NCBI RefSeq assembly: GCF_016433145.1
Contig: NC_058130.1
Location: 738,124,911 to 738,188,910 of the forward strand
DNA length: 64,000 bases
Direction: 5' to 3'
Source: Gracilinanus agilis
Lineage: Eukaryota
The notes beneath the pieces were generated by a model that was not told the origin of the DNA, searched no databases, and was given only the letters and a program-made list of their open reading frames with translations. Positions 37,901 through 49,749 of the stretch are shown piece by piece; within the stretch, counting starts at the first letter, position 1; each line of letters starts with the position of its first letter. The translations under genes were made by a program, and so were the position numbers.

Positions 37901-40900
37901 AGATAAAACAATCACTCTGGAATTTCGTAACATTCCTCCCATTTTCCCTCAATGCCGACCCTGAAAAGAACAACCCAGTTCATGATGATTTTTAAGAAGT
38001 AAAGTCTATGAAGGTGTACCCCAGAATTAGGTGATGACCCCCTAGGCTGTTATGATGTCTGGGCCTGATAAGGGTCTGTTTCCCACCTCTGGCTCATTCT
38101 ATACCAAGCTGCACATTCTTACCGCCATGTAAGCTGCACAGCCAGCACTTCTCGTCTTGGCTTTGGAGTCTACCAGACGGCCACTGATCCCAAAGTCACA
38201 GAGCTTGATCTGGCCCCGCTCATCAAGTAGGATGTTGGAGGGCTTCACATCTCTGTGGATCACACCATGCTTCTCCTTCAGGTAATAGAGCGCCTTAACA
38301 ATCTGCAACCACACCCAAGACTCTCTCACTGCCAGGTGGTGGAACAGGCACCCCTATTGCCCTAGCCCTCACTCATCTGTTCTGTTTAAAGGCCCTCCCC
38401 TTCCAGAACTCAGTGTTCTTCCTACAGCACCTATTGTAATGCAAGGATTACTTATTTCTCTATAACACTATCATACTTATGGAGCCTAGGAAGAAAAGGG
38501 TGTTGGCCCTCTTCCCCAAGCCTAAGCAGGAGGCAGAACACTATAAGACTAAACAGTGCAAAGCTCAAGGTCAACTCTTCCTCCTTCTAGCACCCATGGG
38601 TGAGGGGAAAGCTCAGAGGGGCCCAGTATCAAAGCACCTCTGGAGGAAGAGGTCCCTAATGGTGCCTACAATCCATCTCCACCTACTTACAGCCACAGTC
38701 ATCTTGCCTAAGATCCGCTCTGGGATGGGCCCTTGAATTCTCTTCTTTAGTTTTTCAGCACAGGTGCCCATAAGTTCCATGGCAATGAAGACATCTGTCT
38801 GTGAAGGGACCGAGGGGAAAATAGCTGGGAGAGAGAAAAAGACCTCCCCACTTCCATCATCTTGTCTGTCCCTGGGATAGCATATTTCCAGATATTGTGA
38901 AACCATGGGAATATAGAGTTTGGGAAAAGAAGGGAGGAACCTCAGACATTTAGAGGAAAGTAGACAATATTTTTTAGCATCTTTATAAATCTAAAGTCAT
39001 CCTATTAATTTATAAACCGAGAATGAATTCTGTGTAAATTGATTTGCTCATACAGGTATGTAAGGGACTAGGAAAAGGGAATGGCAAGAGAGTAGAGAAT
39101 AGAAAATGTTTTATGGACTTCCTCTACCCCAGGCCACAAAGCAGAGTGCTTTCCATTCAACCCTGCCTTGGTCACTCACATTTGTGATGAACGTCCCAAA
39201 GCATTGAACAATGTATGGACAGTCATGGCTCTTGAGCACCACATCCAGGTCCATGAGAATTCGTTTGTTCTCTTCCTTGTTTCCAGAGCGGCGCATTTGC
39301 TGCAGAAGATCAGAGGAGCTGCAAGGTCTGGGAAGGAAGGCGATGGGGGTGGGGAGGGTCTCACCTGGATTGGGACAATGTGACCTGCCTTCTTAAAGGG
39401 CTCTTTATCAATCTAAGAAAGGCAAAGGAGAGGGCTCTCACCCTGGATCCATAGATAAAGAATGGGAGAACTTTGATCAACAGGTCTGAGGAAGGAAGAT
39501 GGGGTGGGGGGTAGGGGGGTGGAGGCTGGTGTCTCACCTTGACAGCAAGGATGTGGCCTGTCTTCTTGAATCGCATCTTCCAGACCTGGCCACATGTGCC
39601 ACTGCCCATCTCACCTAGGTTCTCCAGGTCATTGATCTCCGCCTGGTACCTCTGAGAAAAGATGAGGAACAAGGTAATTCCCATCACAAATGCTGTTCCC
39701 ATCTTTGCCCCTCCTACCCACTGTTCCCTGCCCAGGAATTTCTAGAAAGTTTTACCCCAAGGCTCAACTATTCATACACACATCCTGTTCAGATCCCTAT
39801 TTCTGCTACCAGGGGAGCAGGCAGGAAGGGGGAATGGATAACAGACGGTTGTTCTCACCTGGCCTCCAATGGTCAGGTAGCCTGTCTGTTTCATGATTTC
39901 CTGCAGCTTCTGGTCAATTTCTATGCTGAAGGGAAGAGAGATTAGGGGGTGGTGACCCTGAGGAATAGACACTTAGCCTCTGGTGGCCCCCAAAACAATT
40001 TCACCCAATTGCAAACTTCATCGATTTTTCCTACCCTAATGGGAACACCTGGTCTAATTCCTTATGTTTCCTATTCCAAAATTCCCCTCTGGTTTCCTCC
40101 CCTTCTCCCACTGCCCCACAGCTTCTTCTCTTCCCATCCTGCCAAATCCCAGGGCTTTCTCTAAAGCCATCCCCTCTTTCCAAAGATCAGCAATATCCCC
40201 TTCCATCCTCAGATGTTTGCCCTTCTGTCTAAAGTCCCACTCAGACTCGTAAACTGCAGACCATCTTCTAACCCTTTCTACTTACCTCTCCATGCTACGT
40301 GGCATGAACAGTGGTGGTGGGAGCCCCAACATGTGCCGGGGACGAGCTGGTGGGGTGGGTTGCTGAGGGGAGCTCTCAGAGGAAGGTGATCGGCTACCCC
40401 CGTCATTGGCCAGAGGGAGCTGCAAAGCTGTGAGAAGAGGAGTGAGGAAAGGAACAGCCAGGGGTGTAAAGGAGAAGAAGAAAGGTCAGTTTTCCAAGGA
40501 CAGTCCACCTTCCAGGTCCCACAAGTGTACACAGAGCTTCTCCATTCACTAAGGAATCCTAGGAGATGCCAGAAAGTACCTCCAAGAGAGGGCCTAGTCA
40601 TTAATCTTCCCACTTCCCCAAAGTGGCAGAACAGACCCAGGGTATCAGCCATCTGGCTCTGGACCAGATATCAGTGACCTGCTTGCAGGTCACCCCTTCT
40701 CCTATAATGAAGGGACAGAGAGAACTCTCAGTCATGCTCTGTTCTAAACCTATTTGACTCCCCGCTTTCAGGAGAAGTGAGGTGACCAAGTGGCCCCATC
40801 ATTCAGTCCTGAATGTCAGGAAAGGTAATCCCAACTTCCTGCCCTCTCCTCAAGGAAAATCACTCCCTAGTTTTGAGGGCAATAGTAGCTGAAGGCCATT

Positions 40901-43900
40901 CAAAAGACTGAACAATAAAGGACATCCACTTCTCCTTCTCCCTCCCAAATCCCAGACAGGTAAGAGGTTGGCTTTCAATCAGCTGCAAGTACTAACTATT
41001 ACAGATCTTAAAGAGTTTAAGAATACACAAGTATTGACTTGTATCTATCACTTTGACCTCAGGGAAGGGGCTAGTTTCTCTTTCTCCCACTCTTCTGATT
41101 ATAGCGGGAGAAACTAAGACGGGAGAAGATGTTCAAGAGGGCTAGAACTCCAACTAGAGATTGTCTTTGCCACTCCAAAAGAAACAGGTCTAAGTTGGGC
41201 ACATCTGCACCTTGATAAAGAAGGGGTCTGGGAAAGGGAGAAAAGACTTGATTTCCTGATACCCTTCAGAACCCCAGTCTGCCCCAGGAACATTATCTCC
41301 TCCACCGACAGAGTTTCAGCACCCCCACCCAATTCCCAGGGCTTAAAAGAAAGCAGATGGTGAGTTGAGGAGAACCTCAAAACTCTAAGCAGTAGAAGGA
41401 ACCTGAGGGATTATAGCTGACCCCCTCATTTTAGAGATGGAAAAAGTGAGGTCTAAAGTGGGCAAACCACTTGTCCAAAATCATGATGTTAAATAGGACA
41501 GGGCTCTTTTCTCATCTCAATGCAAACAAGCCCCTAAATGCTTCACAATTCCCAGGGCCTGGCTTCCAACATGACACAGGGAGGTCCCAAGCCTTGGCGA
41601 GAAGACATATGGAGCCCATTTGCAAAGTTGATCCAAGTTCATGCCCTCTCCTCGGAAGGGGAAAGCTGAGAACAAACTGAGCACGAACTAGGCACCCAGC
41701 TGCCCAGCCTTCCACTGTCAGTTCCTTACTATGGTTCTGCATAGGGTAGGCTTCTAGTGGGCCTTTTCCCGATGCCCATCTAGCCCCATAGCAAAGGGAG
41801 AGATGGAAACCAAAGGGCTGGGAGGGGCAGGTTCCCAGGAAGTCAAAGGAAACTCAGGAGTCCAGCATCCTCTTCAGCGGACTCCCCCTGAGAAGCAAAC
41901 TGAGGTGGAATAGGGAAATCAGACCTCCTGACAGCCTATCAAATGATATCACATCAAGCAGCCTGCATGCAGGAGAGCTGGCCCCTTCATGCAACTAACA
42001 GCCCCCAGGAGGGGCAGGACATGCTGCAGGCAGGCAGGCAGGCAGCCACTCTGGGTGGAATGGAGGATGGGAATGAGGATGAGGAAAAAAGGAGTAACAC
42101 TTAAGAGTTAATGGAGAAAGAGGAGTAGGAGGCCGGGAAAGAAAGATAGCTTTAAACATGTAAACATAGGAATTTGAACTGCCACGAGGAGAATATTGGG
42201 AGAAGGGAGAAAGAAAAACACTGAGGGTCAGGAGAGGAAAACTGTAGAAGCAACCCATGAGTCCTATTATTCTGCTAATTAGGATCATAAGGGGAGAGAA
42301 TAGGAGCAAGAGGGCTCATGAAGGAAGGCTCTCTCAACATAGTGGTAACCATCTGCTAAGGACAGGGCAGGAGCTACTAAACGGAGACAGAGGCTTAAAA
42401 TAAGTAGAAAAGATGAGATGGATTGAATGGGGAAACCAGGATAGTGAAAAGGGGAAAAAAGAACCCTTCCAAGGCTGTTCTACCCTGGCTTAGTGGGAAA
42501 CTTCCCTTAGAAAATTTTCTGACCTTGTCCTATGTCTTCAGCATTAATAGGTAGAAGTTTGAAGGTAAACACCACTGGTTCTCCTATTTGAGAGAAAGGG
42601 AGTCCATTCCACTTAGGTCCTTCAAGAAGTATATCTAAGGCTTATATGCCTTCCCCAAATAGGTGGACCACAAAAATGACAATAATGATTCCCAAGTCAG
42701 TCTTCCATTAAATAGGGTGGAGGACAGCTCCTCTCTCTTCTAAGATAGGTTTGTCTCTAGGGAGAACAATTCCCCTGGGGAAACAGATGGGTAGTTCTTT
42801 AGAATCAATGTCTTTTAGTCTTATTTCAACATGAGAAGCCAGTTCAATTAGGTGAGGCAGTAGGACTCTGAAAGACTGGAATAGCTGTCCTACCCTCCAC
42901 CCTACAGGTTTCTCAGGTATAAAGGTTTCTCTTGTTTAACCCTGAATGAATTAAATTAAGGGGAAAGGGTTTTGTCCACTGAGGCCACTCTGGAGGTTTG
43001 GGCATCCCAGAAGCCTGTCAAAGCATAGTTCCATAATAAATGTTTATTGAGCTGGTGGCAGTAAAGACAAGGCCCAGTTACAAACTAAGGAAGATCTTGT
43101 GGAAAGATGGTCTGAGGTTGTTTTAAATGCTGCTCCTCTTCTCACCTCAATTATTTCTTTGTGGTCACCATTACCCATATACTCTTTGTGCTGCTATTTT
43201 AAGGTAAAAGCTTTCTTCCATGCCACCTTAACTACTCTTGCTCTTGAGATGACTGCCCATATACCTCAACCTCCTGGAGATTTCCCCACTTCTTATCTGT
43301 ACCACTTGTACTAGGGCCAGCCCAGGTCCATTAGCCTCTTACCATCTTGCTACTGGAATTCCTGTCTGGCCATTAAGTCCACCTTAAGCACCTTAACTAT
43401 GAAATGAGAATCAATAGCTCAGATCCTTGGGAACAGGGGACTACCATAGGGGAAACAAAAAGGTTCAGAGTATCATCCATGACTTGGAGGGACTTGAGAG
43501 ACTCTTTACACCAACCCTTACATTTCACTAGTCCCTAAAATAAGGAGAGGGAACAGGCCAAGGGTTAAGACTATAGAAAGAAGAGATGGGGGTATGCTTT
43601 CTGCCCTTTTAGGCTCACCCCATCTTCCAAGTCAGAGAGTCTAGATGAGGAACCAGGCTAAAGAAAGACTATTCCCTGGGGCAGCTGGGTGGCTCAGTGG
43701 ATTTAGAGTCAGGCTTAGAGATGGAAGGTCCTAGGTTCAATTTTGGCCTGACATCTCCTAGCTGTGTGAACCTGGGCAAGTCATTTAACCCCCATTGCCT
43801 AGCCCTTACCACTCTTCTGCCTTAGAACCAATACAAAGTATTGATTCTAAAACAGAAGGTAAGAGAGGAAGGAAGGTAAGAGAGGAAGGAAGGTAAGGGA

Positions 43901-46900
43901 GGGAGAGAGGGAAAGAGGGAGGAAGAAAGACTATTCCCAAGGCTGTCTTTTCTTGTCACTGAAACTTCCAAATGAACATCTAAAAGTGGGAGACATCAGA
44001 GCTGAGGAGGACTTAAGACTGTCTAGTTCAATTCCCTCTCTTATTTGGAAAGGAACCATACCAGTGCAGACTCTGGCTCCCTGATTCAACTCTGCCTGCC
44101 CACATTATCAAAGGACAGCCAGAGGAGAGGCTTGAAAGGCTAGAGAATGTGAAACAAAATTCTTCTTTTAGATAGCTTCCTAGTCTCCTCACTTTCATCT
44201 CTCCCATATCCAAACTGCAGCTAAATCCTATCAATTCTACCTTGACAACAACTCTCACATCTGTAACCACCTCTCCTTTGACATTGCCATCATCCTGTCA
44301 TAGGCTCTCATCATTTCATGCCTGGACTATTGTAATAGTGCTGGTTGGTTTTCCTGCTCCAAGACTTTCCTCATTCTAAATCATCTTTAACTCAACTGTC
44401 AAAATGATCTTCCTAAAAGTGAAGGCCTGGCTATGCCACTCTCCTATTCCATAAACTCCAGTGGCTTCCTGTTGTCCTCAGGATAAAATATAAGTCCCTT
44501 AGTCTGGCTTGTAAAGTCCTTCATAAGCAAGTCCCTTCCTATCTTTCCAGTCTTGTTATATCCTTGTTTTCCTCCTTGCTATTCATTGCACAAGACACTC
44601 CATCTCTCTCTCTGTATCTTTTATAGTGATATCTAGCATTTGTATAGCACTTCAAGGTTTGCAATGCATTTTACAAATACCCCATTTTATTGCCACAATA
44701 ACCCTAGAAGGGTAGGTGGTATTATTATTCCCATTTTACAGATGAGGAAAGTGAGGTAGAAAGAAGTTTGTCCAGGGTCACATAGGTAGTATCTGAGGCT
44801 AAATTTGAACTAAAGTCTTCCTTACTGGATTTTGTGCTCTACCTGGGATAGTGCCACCAGACTGCCTTTTCTTTTTCTTTAAAAACAAAAACCAAACTAA
44901 CAAAAGAAAAACCCTTCCCTTCTTAAAAAAACAAAACAAAACACCTAAGTATTGGTTCTAAGGCAGAAGAATGGTTAAGAGCTAGGTAAGTGAGGTTAAG
45001 TGATTTGCCCAGGGTCACACATCTAGGAAGTATCTAAAGCCAAATCTGAACTCAGGACCTGGCTCTCTATCCACTGAGCCACCTAGCTTCCCCTGGCTAC
45101 CTTTTCAATGGCTGTCCTCCATGCCTGGAATTCTTTTCTTCCTCACTTCTGCTTCCTGCCTTCCTTCAAGGTTTAGCTAAAATCTCAGATTCTCCAAGAA
45201 GCCTTTCCTCTGAGATTATCTCTAATTTATTTTGTATGTATCATTTGTACATATCTATATACAGACAAATCTTGTCTGCATGTTGTTTCCCCTACCAGAC
45301 TGGGAGCTCCTTGTGGGCAAAAACCCTTCAGCTCTTCTTTGTATTACTATGGCTTAGCACAGTCCCTGGCACACAGATGTTAACAAATGCTGACTTGACA
45401 TGGAAGATGAGAACTGAGAGACAAGGAGGCCTCCATCACTGTCTACATCAGTTAGCTGACTCTGCTTCTAGGTCCTGTATGGCTATTCTGCTTCATCTCA
45501 GGCAGCTGCATAGAAACTGGACCCCAGAGGCAGAAGACAGGGTGGGGTAGTTGGTCAACCAGGTCAGCAGGAAGACAGGCAAAATATCACACTAGGCATT
45601 GTATTTGAGTGAATTTCAGGATGGAATAGGTCTCAAGACAGTCCCACCACTAAGCAGTGGGCTTGCTCCTCCAATTCTGATAGTGACTCAAGGGCAAAAA
45701 GTAAGGGAAAATTGAGGAGGAAGATCCTATTCTTGGTAAGTGCTGACTCAGGGGAAAAACCTAAGTGGCTGAGGGCTATATAATGGGCAAGAACGGAATA
45801 GCAAGAGTCTAATTCTCGGTTTCCTGGATTCAACCTGAAGCACTGTTTGGGGTATGGCCCTAAAAGTACTAAAAAACAGGGGGACATGAGATACAAAACT
45901 AATCAGGAAAGGATGTTAAGAGAGAACTAATTAGAAAACTAACTCACTCTTACACTCTCTCTCTCTCACACACACACAGATAAAGTCAATCAGCAAGAAG
46001 CACATAACATACCATAGCCAAAGACTAAGACATACATACTTTTTTGGATAGAAAAGAGCCATCCACACCTGCACTCAATCTCAAAGAGGAAGCCAAAAAG
46101 TTAAAGGCTGACAGAGATTATACATCAATCTACAAAGAAAGGCATGATGAGCAGAACAAAGAGGCAGAGAGAGCCAGGAACAGGTAGACAAACACACTGG
46201 CTCAGGTAGAGAAAGAGAAAGATAGTCAGACAGGGATAACTGAATACATAGCGATTCTATGCGGGCTGAAGGCAGCAAGTTAAGTCAATGATGCAGAAGT
46301 CCAAGCGGTGATGATAAAAAGGCTGGTACCTGCTCGTTGGGACGGGGCAGGAGCAGGGCTTAGAGTGATCACAATAACTGGATGGGGAAAAGGAAGAAAA
46401 AAAAAACAACACCACAATAAATAACAGAAACTACCAATTCATCCAAAGGAAAGAAATCAAATCATAACAAAGAAGAAAGGGGAAGGGGAGGCATCAAATC
46501 AATTTGTGGGAAAGAAATGAGGAGAAAACCAGCAGAGATGGGAGAATGGAATGGAATCAACAATGAATGCAGACACCTGAAGGGAACCCCCCTCCCCCAA
46601 TAATTTTCTTTCTCTGATTAAAGGGGACCAGTCACACTTCTCACCAATCCAATCCAGTGTCAACTGTACTTCCTGGGAACTCACAGCTGATCCCCTAAAT
46701 GCTCAGCATTAGCTGGGCACGGGTAAATGGTATTATTCACCCGTCTGGAAGATGGTCCCAATGGTCTCCTGCCTTTTACCTCCCAAAAAACAGTGGCCTT
46801 AACAGGTGAGGGACTTGGGCACTCTCAGAAAGGAAAGGAAAGGAGAAGACTGGAATCCCAGAATCAACTGGAGGAGGGGGGCAAGTAGAGGGTTGGGGGA

Positions 46901-47788
46901 GCTCAGGTAGCAACTGGATAAGAAGGCCCAGGTTCCCAAACGCAAGTTTTTCTCTCCTTGTTGTTAAATAAGGAGCTCTCTCCTGTATCTACAAAATGCT
47001 GGGGGAGTGAGGGTCTCCTTCCTTAGGCCATCATTGGAAAAACTGTTGAAATCCTGCAGAAAGGTAATCCTTTGCTCCCCTCCCTCCTCCAAAAACTAAG
47101 AGCCAATTCCTTCTTGGCTCTGGGGGAATCCTAACATCAGATAATGAGAAAGGAGAATGTGCTATTTATTTATAAATACTTGGGAGTGGAATGGGAAGAG
47201 ATGGGGGACCAAAAGTTCCCCCCAAGTCTGGGAGAGGGAGAAGAGGAGGGAGGGGAGAAAGAAGACTCCTTTCCCGAGAGTTTAGGAATTAGAATTCCTC
47301 CCTCCTTACTACCCCCCCCCAAGGGGATTTGGGAAGGAGGAAGGAAGAAGCGGGCGAAAAAGGGAGGAAGTCTGGGGAGGGGCTCGCGAGTTTCTCGGTC
47401 CCCCCACCCCCGTCAGGCAAGAGGGGACCGGAAGTCTTTCCCCTCCTCTAGGCTTGGAAAACGGCCCTGGGTCAGGGTGACCCTCTCTCCCCTAGTCAGG
47501 AGAGGGAAGGGGAGTATCAGGAGGGAGGGGAGCCTGGAGGAGAAAAGCAAAGGGGCTCCGGAAGTCGAAGGCGGAGCTTACGCTCCGGGGGAGGAGTCTC
47601 GTGTCCTGACGCCCCGCCCACCTCCCCTCCCCCCTTTCCCCTCCCCCGCTGCAGACTTCCTTACTCGGCCTGGGCCGCTGCGGACTGATCTCCAGGTTCA
47701 GGTCGATCCTCCGCCGGGCCTCGCGGTTTTCCTGCTTCAGCTTCGCCTCCAGGCGGGATAGCTTCTGTTCTAGGGAGGACGCCGCCAT
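34961..47788 (-). CDS. MAP2K7: Dual-specificity MAP kinase kinase 7 (MKK7). Join: 47788-47665, [46377-46330 cassette], 40427-40286, 39925-39859, 39651-39538, 39299-39180, 38798-38691, 38302-38123, 37760-37680, 37230-37088, 35276-35231, 35095-34961; 419 aa without and 435 aa with the cassette
   Basis: All exons have canonical AG/GT ends and consistent phases (124, 48, 142, 67, 114, 120, 108, 180, 81, 143, 46, 135 nt). Translation gives [79 protein letters not shown] and the end HLPFFR*. Confidence 0.98.
36710..36823. mobile_element. Tc1/mariner-type MITE, 114 bp, in MAP2K7 intron 10
   Basis: 18-bp TIRs tagggtgtcccaaaagtc / gacttttgggacatcctg (16 of 18 match), TA duplicated on both sides (36708-36709, 36824-36825). 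Confidence 0.85.
43677..43922 (+). mobile_element. SINE1 with a purine-rich expanded tail, in MAP2K7 intron 2
   Basis: 16-bp TSD aagaaagactattccc (43661-43676, 43923-43938). Confidence 0.88.
44150..45400 (+). mobile_element. Decayed L2 3' region with nested MIR-like and SINE1 copies
   Basis: Pyrimidine-rich L2-like sequence ending gagctccttgtgggca...agcacagtccctggcacacagatg; SINE1 on the minus strand at about 44925-45095. Confidence 0.6.
46330..46377 (-). CDS. MAP2K7: MAP2K7 alternative exon 2 (MKK7-gamma cassette, [16 protein letters not shown])
   Basis: 48 nt, phase 1-1, acceptor ttttccccatccag and donor cag|gtacc; the peptide is identical to the recalled human gamma insert. Confidence 0.92.
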
Positions 47789-48400
47789 CTTCCCCACCGC
47801 CGCCGCCGCCGCCGCCGCCGCCACCGCGCACCTCCCGCCCGTCCGACCCTCAGACAAACACCGCACTGCGCTTGCGCTGGAATGACCCCACCAGGCCTCC
47901 ATCCCGCCCCATACTGCGCATGTCTGTATCTGTCACCGCCCGCCCTTCCCTTTCGGAGTTCACTGCGCCTGTGCTCTCCCCCTTCCTCCCGCCCCTGTCC
48001 CCGCTACTTGTTCCCCGAAGGCCAACGGTGCGCAAGCGTGGCAGGAAGGCTCGCGCCACCTAGGGATCGCCTCCGGCCACGGAGAGCAATCCGTACTACG
48101 CCTGCGCGGGGACGCCCATGGCCTCCTGAGAAGAGCCGGGGAACCTTATGGCTACGGGGACCGCTTTCATGCCAAGAGAAGGAGGGATTCCTGGGCGCAA
48201 GTGCGCGCTGGCTCGGCCGCTGTTGGGGAGAGGACTCCGCGGCGCGTGCGCCCTTGGGGGGCGGGACCAGCTTTTTTCGGTCACGGGGCGTTAACGTTCG
48301 ATTCCATTTGTCGCTCTGGATTAGTTGGGGTACTCTCAGGGATTGAGTCAGAAAAGTGGGATCTGTGACCCAAGAGTTTTATGGGACCCTCGACGGGGTT
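47380..48400 (-). promoter_or_regulatory. CpG-island promoter of MAP2K7
   Basis: High CpG density around exon 1. NRF1-like TGCGCTTGCGC 47867-47877 and TGCGCATG 47915-47922, YY1-type AAGATGGCG over the start codon, and ETS/GABP CCGGAAGT at 47428-47435 and 47558-47565. Confidence 0.85.
47797..47820 (-). repeat. (CGG)8 trinucleotide repeat in the MAP2K7 5' UTR
   Basis: (CCG)8 on the + strand, ending 9 nt upstream of the ATG. Confidence 0.95.
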
Positions 48401-49749
48401 GAACCTGCCTCCTGGCTCCCACTTGTCCTGCTTTGGCTGACATACCCCCTGGGGCGATGTTTTTATTGTCTAATTACTACATCCAGAGCTTGATTACTCC
48501 TCACTAATTGAGACCCAAGGTTAATGTCCAACCCTCAATTGGACCATTAAGGGCCTGGGATTATAGCTGGATTCGTTGAGCTGGAAGGCACCTGGGAAAG
48601 CATCATTTATTGGAGGAAACTGAGGCACAGAGCGAGGGGAAGGCCTTCCTTGCAACCAGGTGGCACCAGATCTGGGCCTTTCAGGGTTCCTCCTGATTGC
48701 TTAGTACAAGTGCTTTTTCTAGGACAGAATACTGACCTTTCCTGGGCCCAGGCAAACACCTGGCAAATTCAGGCCAGTGGACAGTGAAAGCAACAGACCA
48801 ACAGCCTGTTGGCTCTAGGATGAAAAACCAACTCTTTATTCTTTTGATGGCCAATGAAGATTAGGCCTGGAAAGGGCCCACTTACTAAGGAAATGTTTGA
48901 ATTGGAAAGCTTGTGTGAGTACAAGGGTCAATAAGATGAGAGCCCAGCTGTGGAGATAGATAACCCTGGCATTGAAGACACATTGGAGTAGGATTCTGGA
49001 AGCAGCATCAAAGAGACCCCTTTTCTTATACCAGAATCTCTAGAGTAATGAGGAGACTACCCCAATCCTCTCATGCCTTGACCAAGAAGGAGGGTTGAGA
49101 GCCCTACTATTTTATGCCAGAACCCAATCTTTTATTTATCTCTTCCCTCTTTCCCTCATGAATCATGTCTTATCAGTTAGAGCTAGGCTTTGAGCCGATT
49201 TTTCTTTGGGTCAGTTGATGACTCCATCAAAATATGGATGCATGCTACCTGAGCTTTGTTTTTTTGGTTTGTTTTTTTAAGATTGTTTTGTACTTTGAAA
49301 TTTTTTTTCCAGAAAGAAGATTATTGTAAATTGTCTTGTTTAAATTAAAAGCAATTTTAAAAAACCTCTTAATATCATTTCTAAGACATAAGGTCATATC
49401 AGTGAGTTGAGACTAGGAGAATTCTCCTGATTCCTTGGTCTTGATATTGTACCACCCTGTCTGAACAATGACAGTTTGATTTTAATAAGAGCAACACTGC
49501 ATTCATTTCCATTCTCTACATTTTGGAAACATCAATACAGTCCCATACCTGGGATCTTCTCAGGAGCCACTGCAGGCTGCTTTAACTACTATTTATCCTA
49601 TCCCTGGGCCTAAGATCTGTAGTTTTTTTAGAGACAGATGTTGGTGACTAATGGAGCTTTTAGACTGTGCTGTGGTCCAGCACAAATTTGTGGCATAACC
49701 TCAACTGGGCCCTCATTGCTGATAGGCATTCCTTCTACACTTTCCTAAT

